NCBI GenBank assembly: GCA_964016885.1
Contig: OZ024741.1
Span: 47,926,001-47,990,000 of the forward strand
Source: Eledone cirrhosa
Taxonomy: Eukaryota
DNA length: 64,000 nucleotides
Direction: 5' to 3'
This document shows positions 50,501-62,775 of this stretch, piece by piece. The translations under genes were made by a program, and so were the position numbers. Under the pieces are notes generated by a model. The model was not told the origin of the DNA. It did not search any database and was given only the letters and a program-made list of their open reading frames with translations. Within the stretch, counting starts at the first letter, position 1. Every line of letters starts with the position of its first letter.

Positions 50501-51408
50501 CTAGAGTCAGAACTGGATGGAAAAAGTTCAGAGAGCTTATACCACTATTAGCTGCTAAAGGGTTCTCCCTAAAAATGAAAGGCAGGTTGTATGATGCCTG
50601 CATACGAACAGCAATGTTGCATGGCAGTGAGACCTGGGCATTGTGTGCAGAGGATATACACAGACTAGAGAGGAACGAAGCTTGCATGCTCCGCTGGATG
50701 TGTAATAGTAATATACGTGAACGGCAAAGCATAAACGAACTAAGGAAAAAATTAGAAATAAGAGGGATCAGATGTTGTTTACTCGAGAGAAGGCTACGTT
50801 GGTATGGTCACATGATGCGTATGAAAGACGACAGCTGTATAACAAAGTGCAGGGCAATAAAGATAGATGGTAGCCACGGAGTAGGCAGACCCAGAAAAAC
50901 CTGGGACGAGCTGATAAATTCCGACCTCACACACTTACACCTCTCCAAGACAATGTCACTGGACCGAGACCTTTGCCGGTACTCAGTAACAGAGAAGACC
51001 CGCCTTACCTAAATACAAAGTAAAACCTACTACAGTCAGTAGGCATCTCTATCAAAACACACCCCCGTCCCACCACCTCCACCCCATCCACACCGCCCCT
51101 TTCAATGTAAAGTTATGTTGGTCCCACAACATCCAGGCCGAAACAAATGAGATCGTGTAGGTGTCACGACAAAAAACACACAGTCCACGCTGTAATGTGG
51201 CCGTGTAGGCAACACGGTAAAAACCTCCCAGCCCCACACTGTAAATGTGGTTGGTGTTAGGAAGGGCATCCAGCTGTAGAAAACCCGCCAGACAGTCCTA
51301 TACGAGCAAGACAACCACTCTTGCCTCAAGTGGGAAAACCCCCGTCCAAACCCATGCAAGCGTGGAACATGGACGTTAAACGATGATGATGATGATGATG
51401 ATGATGAC
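47560..51408 (+). mobile_element. Full-length RTE LINE, subfamily B
   Basis: 5' UTR distinct from subfamily A, single open ORF, 3' UTR and (GAT)n tail. Confidence 0.95.
47884..51012 (+). CDS. RTE polyprotein APE-RT(PHD), 1042 aa, uninterrupted
   Basis: All EN and RT motifs in one frame. Has GDLN->DDLN and a 6-aa deletion (LEKKFQ) after YADD relative to other copies. Confidence 0.92.
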   Translation: MLPDERARPPPSLFRPRMANITPNSFPSPHPPNTIQNFRVGTMNVGTLKGRSNEVVELLERKEVDVCCIQETRWRGGSARFIVGKKRCYKLFWVGNDNGIGGVGIMLAEKWVDKIIDVNRVNDRIIKIRLVLNRTTVTVISAYAPQSGLPGAIKDRFYETLMLTTSQITDSDYIIIADDLNGHVGQHCDGYDGIHGGYGFGTRNKEGSRILEFCDANNLTICNTNFKKRDNHLITYRSGEHTSQVDYILTRRRDRVSVVNTKSLPHEECTSQHRLIISDLIVRTRRTRQQKRTILRRKIWKLKDPTARNKFQSILLDAFDSKEEQLESYKEEEQWEFLKANLLMAADEVCGLSRPVGRRRVTWWWNSKVEGSIKAKKQAWKAWRDGGSREDYQVARREARRQVYFARREAEERKFKHVLQREDQKREGFRIARQCVKEKRDIVGEKCVLNDDGVLAITDADKKVAWKCHYERLLNEENKWEKDSLPHIDPIEGPAVLVEGSIISKAIKDMKTGKAAGPSEIVAEMLKASGTVGHTMVTRIVNQVIQNGVVPKDWRSSIIVNCYKGKGDTLDRSNYRGIKLIDQVMKVTEKVIAQLIRERIDLDEMQFGFVSGKSTTDALFIVRQLQEKYLAKSKPLYLAFVDLKKAFDRVPRSIIWWALRKLGVVEWLVRAIQAMYKETVSKVRINNEYSEEFSVKVGVHQGSVLSPLLFIIALQAITEEFKTGCPWELLYADDLTHIAESMAETWKHGLESKGLKINLAKTKVLVCRKENKAPVPSGKWPCSVCRKGVGRNSILCPKCKVWVHKRCSGITGKLTKNTDFTCGRCSGAISSSKCPQNTSSFNCAEGSIEIVDSFRYLGDKISSGGGCSESTVARVRTGWKKFRELIPLLAAKGFSLKMKGRLYDACIRTAMLHGSETWALCAEDIHRLERNEACMLRWMCNSNIRERQSINELRKKLEIRGIRCCLLERRLRWYGHMMRMKDDSCITKCRAIKIDGSHGVGRPRKTWDELINSDLTHLHLSKTMSLDRDLCRYSVTEKTRLT

Positions 51409-51897
51409 ATTACATACATTCATATATATATAATAACTAACAAATAGTTTTATCGCTCTACATGGCTGAATACAAGAAATATAAATCTGAGTTTTTCAAA
51501 TATTAATAATAATATTTGATTCATTTGCAATTATGCAAGCAGCCTCTTAAGCAATGTGAGTAGAATGACCCCATCATTCTTGGTCTTATGTTGGCATATA
51601 AACAGAACTGCAGACACTAATGTTTCTCGGTTATTACCCTTCATCAGTATTGTATACTGTTTACCTGCCAACTGTCAGAGCTTGTGAAAAGATATATTTT
51701 CTGGAATATACAGTGACTGATCGTCCTGATTTGCAGACCCACTGATCACCCAGATAGGCTAGTTAGTTTTATGTATGCGAGCGATTAATGGCCGGCTTTG
51801 CCATAGTCAAATAACTAACAAATATAGTGCTCAATATAGGTTAAGGTGATATATATATATAATCATAAACTTTCATTGAAACTTTTATCTTGTTTAG

Positions 51898-52074
51898 CAA
51901 TCTATCAGTGTTCAAAAGGAGAATGTTAAGACCTTCAGCCATGCCTGAAGAAATTGAATTTCCTATGTTCCTGTCAGATTGTCTGATAGAACTTGATCTA
52001 GAGAACAACCACCTAGATGCTATTCCACCAAGTGTTTGTTACCTGACAGCGTTGAAGATATTGAACCTCAGTGG
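51898..52074 (+). CDS. Exon of host LRR-ROC gene (177 nt, phase 2-2)
   Basis: Acceptor ttttatcttgtttag and donor gg|gtaagt. Translates NLSVFKRRMLRPSAMPEEIEFPMFLSDCLIELDLENNHLDAIPPSVCYLTALKILNLSG, with typical LRRs. Confidence 0.9.
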
Positions 52075-52980
52075 GTAAGTAGCCAAATGCAATTTTTCTT
52101 GGTTTCTTTTTTTTTCTTCTTTTACTTGTTTCAGTCAGACTGTGGCCATGCTGGAGCACCACCTTTATTTAGTTGATCATATTGTCTCCAGTACTTGCAG
52201 TCCCCTAAACTTCTTCCACCATGTTCTTATTCTAGCTACTATACCATCTAACCCATGCTAGCATGTAAAATGGATGTAAAATGATGATGATGATGTTGAT
52301 ATGCTCTCTGAACACCTCCTCTGCTGCTAATTATATCACCTAAGTAGCAGAAACTAACAACCACAGGGACAGACACTGAGATACTGGATATATCCAATGA
52401 AGTAAGGTTTGAGTTTGTCACTCACATAGTCAACCAGGTAGTACAGCGAGCTGTCATACCCAGTGACTGGGGTAACAATATCATCAACTGTGACAAGGGC
52501 AAATGTGATGCTCTAGAAGGGATTAACTATAGCGATATCAAAATGATAGATGTAAATTGATAATTAACAATCGCACATATGCACATATTATTTTTAGCAA
52601 GGGTGGTGTATTGGCAGAATCGATAGAGCATCGGACAACATGGTTTTTGACATATGATTACGTCACTTTATGTTCTGAGTTCAAATCTTGTTGAGTTTAG
52701 CTTTGCCTTTAATCCTTACGGGGACAATAAAAGCACCTGTAATGCACTGGGGTCAATTTCATTGACTTTCCCTTCTTCCAAAATGATTGGCCTTGTGCTT
52801 AAATCATTATTTTTAGCATAAATGACTGCATCTCATTAAAAAAGATTCTCTTTCCTGTTATGTTGCAAATTTTAACAGCTTTCCAGTATAAAGGAAGATA
52901 TGAGGTTTGAGTCCTTCTTCTTCACCCACTTATTCCTGAGAAGGTTGTGGGGGAGCTGAGTCCTCAAAAACTCCCTCCAG

Positions 52981-55960
52981 AGCACCAGAGCACCGGCCAC
53001 ATGTAAAATCTACGTTCTTAGTTAGCTTACCTCTGATCCCACTACATCTTTTATGCACCCATACTTTGCATTTGGGACATAAAATGGAGTTTCTACCTAC
53101 GCCTTTACTACACACTGAGCATGGCCATTTCCCAGAAGGGACTGGCGCTTTATTTTCTTTCCTACAAACTAGAACTTTAGTCTTAGCCAGGTTAATTTTA
53201 AGGCCTTTGGATTCTAGGCCGTGCTTCCATGTTTGGAATTTCTTCTCTAGCTCGGCCATTGATTCAGCTATGAGCGTTAGATCATCTGCGTATAGGAGTT
53301 CCCATGGGCAGCCGGTCTTGAACTCCACTGTTATAGCCTGGAGGGCAATAATAAATAGTAGGGGGCTAAGAACAGAGCCCTGATGAACACCAACTTTTAC
53401 GCTAAACTCTTCACTATATTCGTTGTTAATTCTAACCTTGCTGACTGTTTCTTTATACATGGCTTGTATAGCTCTCACAAGTCATTCATCAACACCTAGT
53501 TTTCTAAGAGCCCACCAGATAATGGAACGGGGGACTCTGTCGAAGGCTTTCTCCAAGTCGACAAAAGCTAAGTATAGGGGTTTACTTTTAGCTAGGTACT
53601 TCTCCTGTAGTTGTCGTACAATGAAAAGAGCGTCTGTGGTACTTTTGCCTGACACAAACCCGAACTGCATTTCATCTAGATCAATTCTCTCTCTGATTAG
53701 TTGCGCTATTACTTTTTCCGTGACCTTCATGACCTGGTCGATTAATTTAATGCCTCTATAGTTAATCCTATCTAGGGCATCTCCTTTACCCTTGTAGCAG
53801 TTAATGATGATGCTGCTACGTCAGTCCTTCGGAACAACCCCATTCTGTATGACTTGGTTTACTATCCGGGTGACCATGGTGTGTCCCACCGTACCAGAGG
53901 CTTTCAGCATCTCAGCAACTATTTCCGAAGGCCCAGCCGCCTTACCCGTCTTCATATCTTTGATTGCCTTACTTATTATACTACCTTCGACTAACACTGC
54001 TGGTCCCTCTATTGGGTCGATGTGGGGGAGACTGTCTTTCTCCCATTTATTCTCCTCATTTAGTAGCCTTTCGTAGTGACACTTCCAAGCTACCTTCTTA
54101 TCAGCGTCAGTGATGGCAAGTACGCCATCATCATTAAGTACACACTTCTCCCCAACAATATCACGGTTTTCCTTGACACATTGCCTAGCAATCCTGAACA
54201 CCTCACGTTTTTGGTCCTCGCGTTGTAGAACATGCTTGAACTTTCTTTCCTCTGCTTCCCTTCTTGCGAAGTACACTTGTCTCCTAGCTTCCCTCCTGGC
54301 CACTTGATAGTCTTCTCTACTTCCCCCATCCCGCCATGCTTTCCAAGCTTGCTTTTTGGCCTTAATTGACTCCTCCACCTTACTGTTCCACCACCATGTT
54401 ACTCTCCTCCTGCCTACAGGCCTGCTCCACCCACAGACTTCATCTGCCGCCATCAGCAGGTTTGCTTTCAGGAATTCCCACTGTTCCTCTTCCTTGTACG
54501 ACTCTAATTGCTCTTCCTTACTGTCGAAAGCATCAAGTAATATGCTTTTAAATTTATTTCTGGCTGTGGGGATCCATATTTTTCTCCTGAGGATAGTCCT
54601 TTTCTGCTGTCGAGTACGTCTCGTCCTGACTATGAGGTCGCTAATTATCAGTCTATGTTGGGAGGTGCATTCTTCATGGGTGAGGGATTTAGTGTTTACA
54701 ACAGACACTCTGTCACGTCTTCTGGTAAGGATATAATCTACCTGGCTGGTATGTTCCCCTGATCTGTAGGTGACCAAGTGATTGTCTCATTTTTTGAAGT
54801 TAGTGTTACAGATAGTTAGGTTATTTGCATCACAGAATTCCAGGATTCTGGAGCCTTCCTCATTTCTAGTACCAAACCCATAGCCTCCGTGGATTCCATC
54901 ATAGCCGTCACAGTGTTGACCAACGTGGCCATTTAGGTCGTCAGCAATAATTATATAGTCACTGTCGGTTATTTGGGAGGTAGTGAGCATCAGTGTCTCA
55001 TAGAATCTGTCTTTTATAGCTCCAGGCAGTCTGGATTGGGGCGTGTATGCCGATATTACTGTCACAGTAGTTCTATTTAGAACAAGTCTTATTTTAATTA
55101 TTCTGTCATTTACTCTATTTACATCTATTATCTTATCCACCCATTTTTCTGCTAACATTATTCCTACCCCACCTATCCCATTGTCATTTCCCACCCAGAA
55201 AATCTTATAGCAACGTTTTTTACCCACAATGAATCTAGCAGACCCGCCCCTCCACCTGGTCTCTTGGATACAGCAAACATCAACCTCCTTACGTTCAAGC
55301 ATTTCTACAACCTCGTTAAAGCGGCCTTTTAAGGTGCCTACATTTATGGTACCAACTCTGAAGTTTTGGATTGTGTTTGGAGGATGGGGCGCAGGGATGG
55401 ATGTTGGCCATCCACGGCCGAAACAAAGAGGAGGGGGCCTTGCCCTTTCGTCCAGCAGCATGAGGTGTATTTGTCGTTATCTTTGGCATTGTCATCAAGT
55501 GTCCAGATTCTTCAGACTCTCCAGAAATTCCTTAGTCCATCCATCATATCGAAAAGCAGCCAGAAGTGATAGCATAGGCCGTTGACTTGTGATTGGTCCA
55601 AATAATAAGGTGGAGAGTGGGAGCGAGGGGTATGGGGGGGTAGTTAGCAAAGAGAACATTATTTAGAACAAATGGGGTAGTTAGCGGGAGGTTTTAAATT
55701 AAATCTTCGAATTTTTTTTTGGGGGGTGGGTGGAGGGGTGGCATAATTGGAGAAGCATATAACAGTAATAATAAGCGAATAATGGGGTTTTAAAATACAA
55801 GAAGATTATTTAGAAACAACCAGACAGAATTATAGAATAGCATTGAGAGAGAGCAACGATTGGATTTTGGGCGATATACGGATATATGAATGAATGGACC
55901 GATAGCAAAGAGAAGATTATTTAGAACAATATGAATGAATGAACCGATAGGCTGGAGAGA
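52981..55960 (-). mobile_element. RTE LINE subfamily B, 3'-truncated at the end of the PHD finger, with premature stops
   Basis: Minus-strand ORF pieces for APE and RT. Ends at CGRCSGA. Confidence 0.93.
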
Positions 55961-56669
55961 GATATATTGTATTTGTATTATGAGTGTGTGTATTGTGTAT
56001 GTGTATATCATATATTATATATATATATTATATGCTCCAAAATATGGTTCCACTATGAGCAGGGTATGGTGCGGCCAACTGGCCTGACCCTCCTCATAAT
56101 GGGACCACCTAGTCCCACACTGTAAACACGGTTGCTGTTAGGAAGGGCATCCAGCAGACGTAAAAACCCAGCCAAAACATGGTCCCACTATGAGCAAGGT
56201 ACAATGTAGGCAACTATAACGGTGCCAACCAGTCCCATCTGGTTGGTGTAGAAAAGGCACCCAACTATAAAAAATCCAGCCAAAATACGGAACAACGTGG
56301 CCAGACATGCTTCATACGGGACCAACCAGTCCCACACTGTAAATGTGGTTGATGTTAGGAAGGGCATCCAGTAGTTGCATAAACCCAGCCTAAATGCGGT
56401 CCCCCTTATGAGCAAAGTATGGTGTGGTCAACTGACCAGGCTTATCTCATGTGAACAACCCGTCCAACCCATGAAAATGTGGAAAAATAGATGTTAAACA
56501 GTGATGATGATATATAGATCAGGATTAAATCAGTTTTAATAATAATAATGAAATTATTGTGTACAGTGCTCAGGTGCACTACAACTCATCAAAGGTGTAT
56601 GTATAGTACATAGAATAATATACAAATATCAGGGAAGTGAATAGAAGTGAATATGAGTCATGATATACT

Positions 56670-56812
56670 AGTAAGAGTACTCAATACTTGGGATAGTATA
56701 GTGTAAATATTGTAGAGTCAGAGCCTGCTGTTTCAACAGCAAATTCCAGACTCTTGAATTTGCTGTTGAAATAGCAAGAATTCAGCCACTGGGCTCTGAC
56801 TCGCTACAATAT
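56670..56812 (-). mobile_element. Older fold-back half-hammerhead mini-element
   Basis: Imperfect palindrome centred on ttcaacagcaaattc-cagactctt-gaatttgctgttgaaa. GTATTGAGTAC on the minus strand at 56677-56687. Confidence 0.55.
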
Positions 56813-57139
56813 ATATCATCATCATCATCATCATCATTATTTAACATCTATTTTACACACTACAATGGGTTATATATATAAATGTAGGCATACACAACGG
56901 AAAAAACAGCTGAAACACAGGACAGTCCTCTCTCATCAGTTGACTGCTGGAGGTATGTTGTTTCAGTACTTTAATAAACAACGCACCTCCACCAGTTGTC
57001 TCATGAGAGGGGATTATTCTGTGTTTTATCCATTTTTCCATTTTTTCACCCACCTTTTATTATTTATTTTATATAATTTTAGCTGCAAGGGATACTTTTT
57101 CAAATATATGTGTGTGTGTGTGTGATTATACTTCTTTAA

Positions 57140-57356
57140 CCCTTTAGCATTTAAACTGGCTGTATGCAGCCAGAATTCTCTCACCTCTTTCTGTTCAAAT
57201 CAGCTGTAACTGGCCACTCATACTTATGTTTAGGTATAGTTCTCAAAATAATATTAAAATCTCATAGATTTGATATTATGTGAGATAATTAAGTAAGGTA
57301 AAGCTTTTACCATGAAAATACAATAGTAAATATAGTGTTATGTAAATACTAAAGGG
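57140..57356. mobile_element. piggyBac-type MITE
   Basis: TTAA-CCCTTTAG...CTAAAGGG-TTAA. A related copy starts at 62562. Confidence 0.8.
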
Positions 57357-58029
57357 TTAAAAAACATTTTCCCTGCTACCAAGGGTTCTACAGATTGTAA
57401 CAAATCAAGTCAGTACTTAGTCATAGCCACTGAACTCTCAGATGGGCTGAGGGGTACATCATGCTTACATACATTCTCATACTCTACAGTTACTGGGTGT
57501 AATTTTATTGTGACACTAGCACTGAGAAGATTGTCATGTCTTTGACACAACTGGATGCCCTTCTTGTCACCAACTTTACAGTGTGTACTGGGTACAATTT
57601 TTGTGTCACCAGCACTAGCAAGGTTGTTATGCTGTGACTGAAGGGCCATCTCAACCCCCTTTTAGCATGGTTTCTACAGCTGGAAGCCATTCTTAACACC
57701 AACAATTTTACAGAATGTACTAGGTGCATTTTACATGTCTTCAGGTTCAGTCCCAGTGTGTGACAGCATGCTCAAGTGTCTTCTATTGTCTTGGATTGCT
57801 GAATGTCTTGTGAGTGTCTTTGAAGTGTTTTTTGTGCTGCCTATGAGACAAGGGTTATACAATTCACCAAGTTTTTAATAAAGGAGAGGGTGAGCATATC
57901 AGCGGGGTTTGTATAGGTGTGGTAAATAAGATATTAGTTCTGTGGGGCAGGAACTGGTATTGTAAGAGTTAATGAGGTAGATGGAAAAAGAGGGTAGAAC
58001 AGAAAGAGAGAGAGAGAGAGAGATGTAAC

Positions 58030-58203
58030 CATCATTACTGACATCATCATCATTTGTATTGTCATTGTTATTTCATTATCCTTGTCCTTTTTTATAGTAG
58101 TCATCATCATTGTAATCATAATCATAATTCTCATCATCATTATCATCATTCTCATCATCATCACCACCACCACCACCATCATCATCATCATAATAATAAT
58201 AAC
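58030..58203. repeat. Degenerate (ATC)n microsatellite
   Basis: Direct inspection. Confidence 0.85.
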
Positions 58204-58229
58204 AATCTTCTGTTTATTATTTGAACCAG

Positions 58230-58339
58230 GAATACAAATATCACCAAGCTACCTCTTGAACTAGCCAACTTACAAGCATGTCGATCACTAAATTTGGATA
58301 AACTTGAAATTACTAATCTGCCAAAAGATTTTCCAAGAG
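58230..58339 (+). CDS. Exon of host LRR-ROC gene
   Basis: Acceptor ttattatttgaaccag and donor ag|gtaaga. GG+G completes Gly, then NTNITKLPLELANLQACRSLNLDKLEITNLPKDFPR. Not in the ORF track. Confidence 0.85.
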
Positions 58340-60080
58340 GTAAGATTTAAATAATGGTTTCTGATTTAGGCACAAGGCGATTAAATTGACTCTAGTGCAT
58401 TACTGGTACTTTATTTAAATAATATTATAAAAAAAAGACAAAAAATCCCAGTGACTTCTTAATTGTGATCAGACTAATTTCGGGTGATAGGCTTAATCCC
58501 TCACTCAGTTTAATTCTTTTGATACCAAATTGCCTGAAAGACACGATATGTCCTTGAGAAAGACACTTTATTTCATGTTGCTCCTTTAACCAGGAGTTGC
58601 GACCGGTAGATTGTATCAGCAAAGGAAAGACCAATAGAAACATTGTTTCCTTGGGCCGATTTGAGAAGTTCCACTCCACTCGATAATTAAATGAGGTCTA
58701 GAAACTAGTCAATCATTTTTGGTTGGATTGAGCATATACATCAGTGGTGCTGAAAATGGTTGATATTGACCTCTCGGAAGCTGATCAAACTTTTGGGCCA
58801 AAATCTAACATATGTATAAGAAATTATACTATATAAAATGATACAATAAAATACAACTTGCTTACACAGATTTCTAATGTATATATTATTAGTCTTTATT
58901 ATCTATTTATAGTCTAATTACTCATTTATTTTTGTACATGGCTGAGGTTGATGAGGAGTCAAGTATTCCATTAAAGTGTCAGCATGCTTGAGCTGGGCAG
59001 TGGGTTGAGCTCCTGCTGGCCTACGAAGTGGCTCAAATAGGTTATGTTTATCACATCTGCCGGCCAAATTCCCTCCCATGCATCCTAGTCGTGGAACTGG
59101 GTGCCCCAAATGGGTTGGGTATGAAAGCAAGTGTTCGTTGTTATAACCGATGCAATGCTTACATTGCACTATCCTATAGTGCATATACTTATAGCTAGGC
59201 ACCGCTTGTGAAACCAATCACTCAAAGAAATACCATTGAAATGAACTTACCATGAATTCCTTTGATGGAACCAGCTCAACCTACCGTGGGTGAACGCCAC
59301 CACAAATACAAGTAAAAGAGGTCGATGGCCTGGTAGCAAACTACTTTTCTTTGGCGCATTGATAGGCTATTTGTGCGTGATTTGCCTAAGTCAGGCCAAT
59401 CGTGAGCTGCGCACGGGTATGTATTTTCAACTTCCGCCCAAACTGAGATTTTCCCGCTACTTTTAATAAATTCTATCTCTTGTTGCTTCAACTGTGGAAA
59501 GGTAAACAACCATTTTTCTTTTGCCGTGAAACCATTAGCCAATATGTAACACCACAGCATAACTGCGGCCCTGGCCAACACCTTAGCCAGTGAACCGTGC
59601 CTTCTGAAATCTTAATTTGTTTGTTTCATTTGTTTGGCATGCCAGCTCAACCTTTGTAAATAAATTATGTAAAAATGTTGTAAAGTCTTGTGGTGCTGTT
59701 TACCACAGCCATGCCTTTAAATGTGATATGGAGAGATTCCTTCCAGAGTTATTATCACAGCAGCAACAGAACCTGAGACTTACAGCCGAACCTCAATTCA
59801 GCTTACATTTATTGATATAACAAACTATACCTTTCCTGTTACAACAAACTACATATTGTCGTTGATATTATTATTACATGGCATAATATTATTTAACAGC
59901 TAAACTGGTTACTATTAAATGTCTGCTTTATTTTGTGACCTGTTGATACAAATATACAAAATACAAATATAAATGACTTTATTATTTTATAACATATTGC
60001 TAGAGCCGAAACATTTTAGAGATTCTTAATTTACCTTAATGAAAACATTTGACCATTTTCTCATTTACTTTTGTTTACAG

Positions 60081-60175
60081 AGACAAATAACCGAAATATT
60101 ATTGATAATTTTCATGAAAAGGTTCGCCAGAGTGTACCATATAGACACATGAAGATAGCAGTTATGGGTAGTGAG
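60081..60175 (+). CDS. Exon of host gene, LRR-to-ROC GTPase junction
   Basis: Acceptor ttttgtttacag and donor gag|gtatt. G+AG gives Glu, then TNNRNIIDNFHEKVRQSVPYRHMKIAVMGSE. This resembles LRRK2 '[24 protein letters not shown]' just before the P-loop. Confidence 0.82.
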
Positions 60176-60305
60176 GTATTTCTGACACTCTTTCACATAT
60201 AATCATATTGTAGTTGATTAACCCTTTTGGTACCAAAATATCTGAAACCGTCCCTGGTTCTACAATAGAAAACAGTATATTTTAAAATGTTTGTATTTGT
60301 CTAGT

Positions 60306-61045
60306 GGAGGTGCTTTAGTGGTTAGAGATTTGGATGGCTCCATGCCCTGCCATCCTTCTCCACTGGCACGGAGCTAGACAACCATAGCCTGCGAATCGGC
60401 GTTTCATTGAGGCTCGGCCTCCGGATCTGCCAGCCACACCAATGTCGCTGCGGTTCCACCGTGGACTCTTTCGGCCTCCACCCGCTTTCCTGTCGCCACA
60501 GTGCCGGCCGCATTCCACGCCATGCTGCCCTCAACAAGGTCATTAAGCATGGCTTGGACGCTGCAGGCTTCCCTTCCCAGCTTGAACTGGTGGGGCTGGA
60601 TCGAGGAGACGGCAAAAGGCCAGATGGCATGACCATCTTCCCGTTCCGCGGTGGCAAACCCCTCGTCTGGGATGCCTCTTGCACCGACACTTTCTGCAGC
60701 CGCAACCTGGTGCAGTCTGCGACTGACCCAGGTTCTGCTGCACGTCGGGCTGAGGGGGCCAAACTCCTCAAATACCGGTCGCTCTCCGACAGATTTGCGG
60801 TCGTACCCCTGGTAGTGGAGACTTCTGGTGTCCTCGGCCCCAGGGCTACCTCCTTACTCACCACCATAGGCGCTGAGCTGGCCAGCTGCAGATGTGATCC
60901 CTGCGAGTTGGAGTGGCTTTTCCAGCGTGTCTCCCTTGCTGTTCTCCGGGGAAACGCCTTCTCCATTCTGTCTGTCGGGGCTGTGGGTGGGCCCCTTCGC
61001 GTCCCAATACATTAGTTAAATACCATTCTTTCATCTGACACTGTA
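60306..61045 (+). mobile_element. 3' fragment of restriction-like-endonuclease non-LTR retrotransposon (CRE-like)
   Basis: GC-rich island encoding CRCG..D..GLH.LSC (CCHC), RH..LN, KRPDG...VWD, K..KY, ET.G, FQRVSLAVLRGNA. Ends at a short (TA)n. Confidence 0.82.
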
Positions 61046-61569
61046 TATATATATATCGCGCAACGTGGTTTTAACACTTATAATTCTATCGTGAGGTTGC
61101 AAATTCGATTCCCAGACTGAGAGATGCATTGTATCCTTGAGCAACACACTTTATTTCGCATTGCTTTTTCTGTCATTGTGACTGGCAGATAAAATCAGCA
61201 ATGGAAAGATTGTTTCCTTGGTCTGATTTGACGAGTTCCAACCCACTTGGTATGCAAATGATGTCCAAGATCTTGTCAATCGATAAAAAGAAAAAAGAAA
61301 TATTTTTCTAAAAACCTTCCATCATAATTTAATGCAAGGGCTTCTATTAAGTTATGTTCCAATCAACAGATTAATATTGTGAAGGTTAGTTGTATTACTA
61401 AGTTCCTTTTGATACCAAACCACCTGAAACAGCCTGGTTCTATGATATTAAGCTGTTTATTTTAAAGTGCTTATATTTGTCTACAAAGCTTCCATTATAT
61501 TTTTTATGTAAGAATCTTTTTTAAGTTATGTTACAAAGACCAGATATGACCAAAAATCTTCTTCGCAGC

Positions 61570-62350
61570 TGTAGGTCCTGGCAAAAGCAACCATCTCCAA
61601 TTAATCTAGTTGACTCTCCAAGCAAGACCAGCTGAGCTCAGGGATATTATCCAACCAGCTTGCTCAGGGTCTGCTGGTTGGTTTTGCCCATAAAATATAT
61701 CCAGTGATTTTTTCCCCGAGACATTCTAACCACATGCCCATAGTATTGAAGCTGTGATATCTCAATTTGGGGAAGTAGTAGCTCTACCTGGAGTGACCTC
61801 CTAATCTTTGAGCTATGCATTCTATCGAGTAATGTTACTCCAGAGGCCATTCAGAGGAACCCCATTTCGGCCGCTTGTATTCAAGATCATATTTTTTTGG
61901 TCATTACCCAAGATTCATGACCATAGGTAAGGGTTTGCACAAATGCAAAATTGAAGATAGTGAGTTTGGCTTTTACACCTACCTCCCTTCTTCTGATGAC
62001 TAAATGCTGAAGCTGGCACATTACTGCACCAGCTCCTGCAATTCTTGCAGATAAATTAACTTTCAGCCCTCTATCACTCATGAACACGATCTCAAGATAC
62101 TTGAATTTTTCCACTTGCTTCAATGGAACTCTATTCACATGTAGAATGCACTGCACAGACTTCCTTGGGAGAATGAGTGTCTCAGGCTTTGCAGAACTGA
62201 TTCTCATTCCAACTGTGCAGTCCTTGGCATCTAATCTATCAAGTACAATGTTAGAGATCACCTTCTGATGAGTTAAGTAATACCATGTCATCCGCAAATT
62301 CCAGCCAATTGATCCTATACCTGCCAGTCATAATATCATTTCCAACCTGG
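61570..62350 (-). mobile_element. Degraded RTE-type LINE C-terminal fragment (different family)
   Basis: LEFADDMV, LKQVEKFKYL, LTYGHESW, YYGHVVRM. Confidence 0.75.
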
Positions 62351-62561
62351 CTACACTTGTCAATCCTTGTAGTGGATTATGAGGTTATGTCTAAACCCCA
62401 GCTTAATAATGAGTTGGTAATTGACAGAAATTGTTGTTTGAATGAATGTATATATTCCCACATACTTTAGTTTGTATATGTATGTATTGTTACCACTGTA
62501 TACCACAGGAAGTGTTTTTCATTAGAAATATGGTAATGAAAGGGTTAATTGTAAATGTTAA

Positions 62562-62775
62562 CCCTTTAGCATTTAAACCGGCCATACCCAGCCAGTATTC
62601 TCTCACCCCTTTCTGTTCAAACCAACTGTAACTGGCTGCTCATACTTATTTTAAGGTATTGTTCTCAAAATAAATAATATCAAAATAAATAATATTAAAA
62701 GATTCAATATTATGTAAGATAGTGTTTACCATGAAAATAATAGTAAATATAGAGTAATGTAAATGGTAAAGTTTT
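62562..62775. mobile_element. piggyBac-type MITE copy (right end degenerate)
   Basis: Similar to 57140-57356. Confidence 0.65.

Noticed and set aside
57934-58264. Poly-Met / poly-Ile ORFs
   Set aside because: (ATC)n microsatellite. The true exon at 58230 is in another frame.
60322-60966. 214-aa minus-strand ORF
   Set aside because: Antisense shadow of the GC-rich RLE-domain coding frame.
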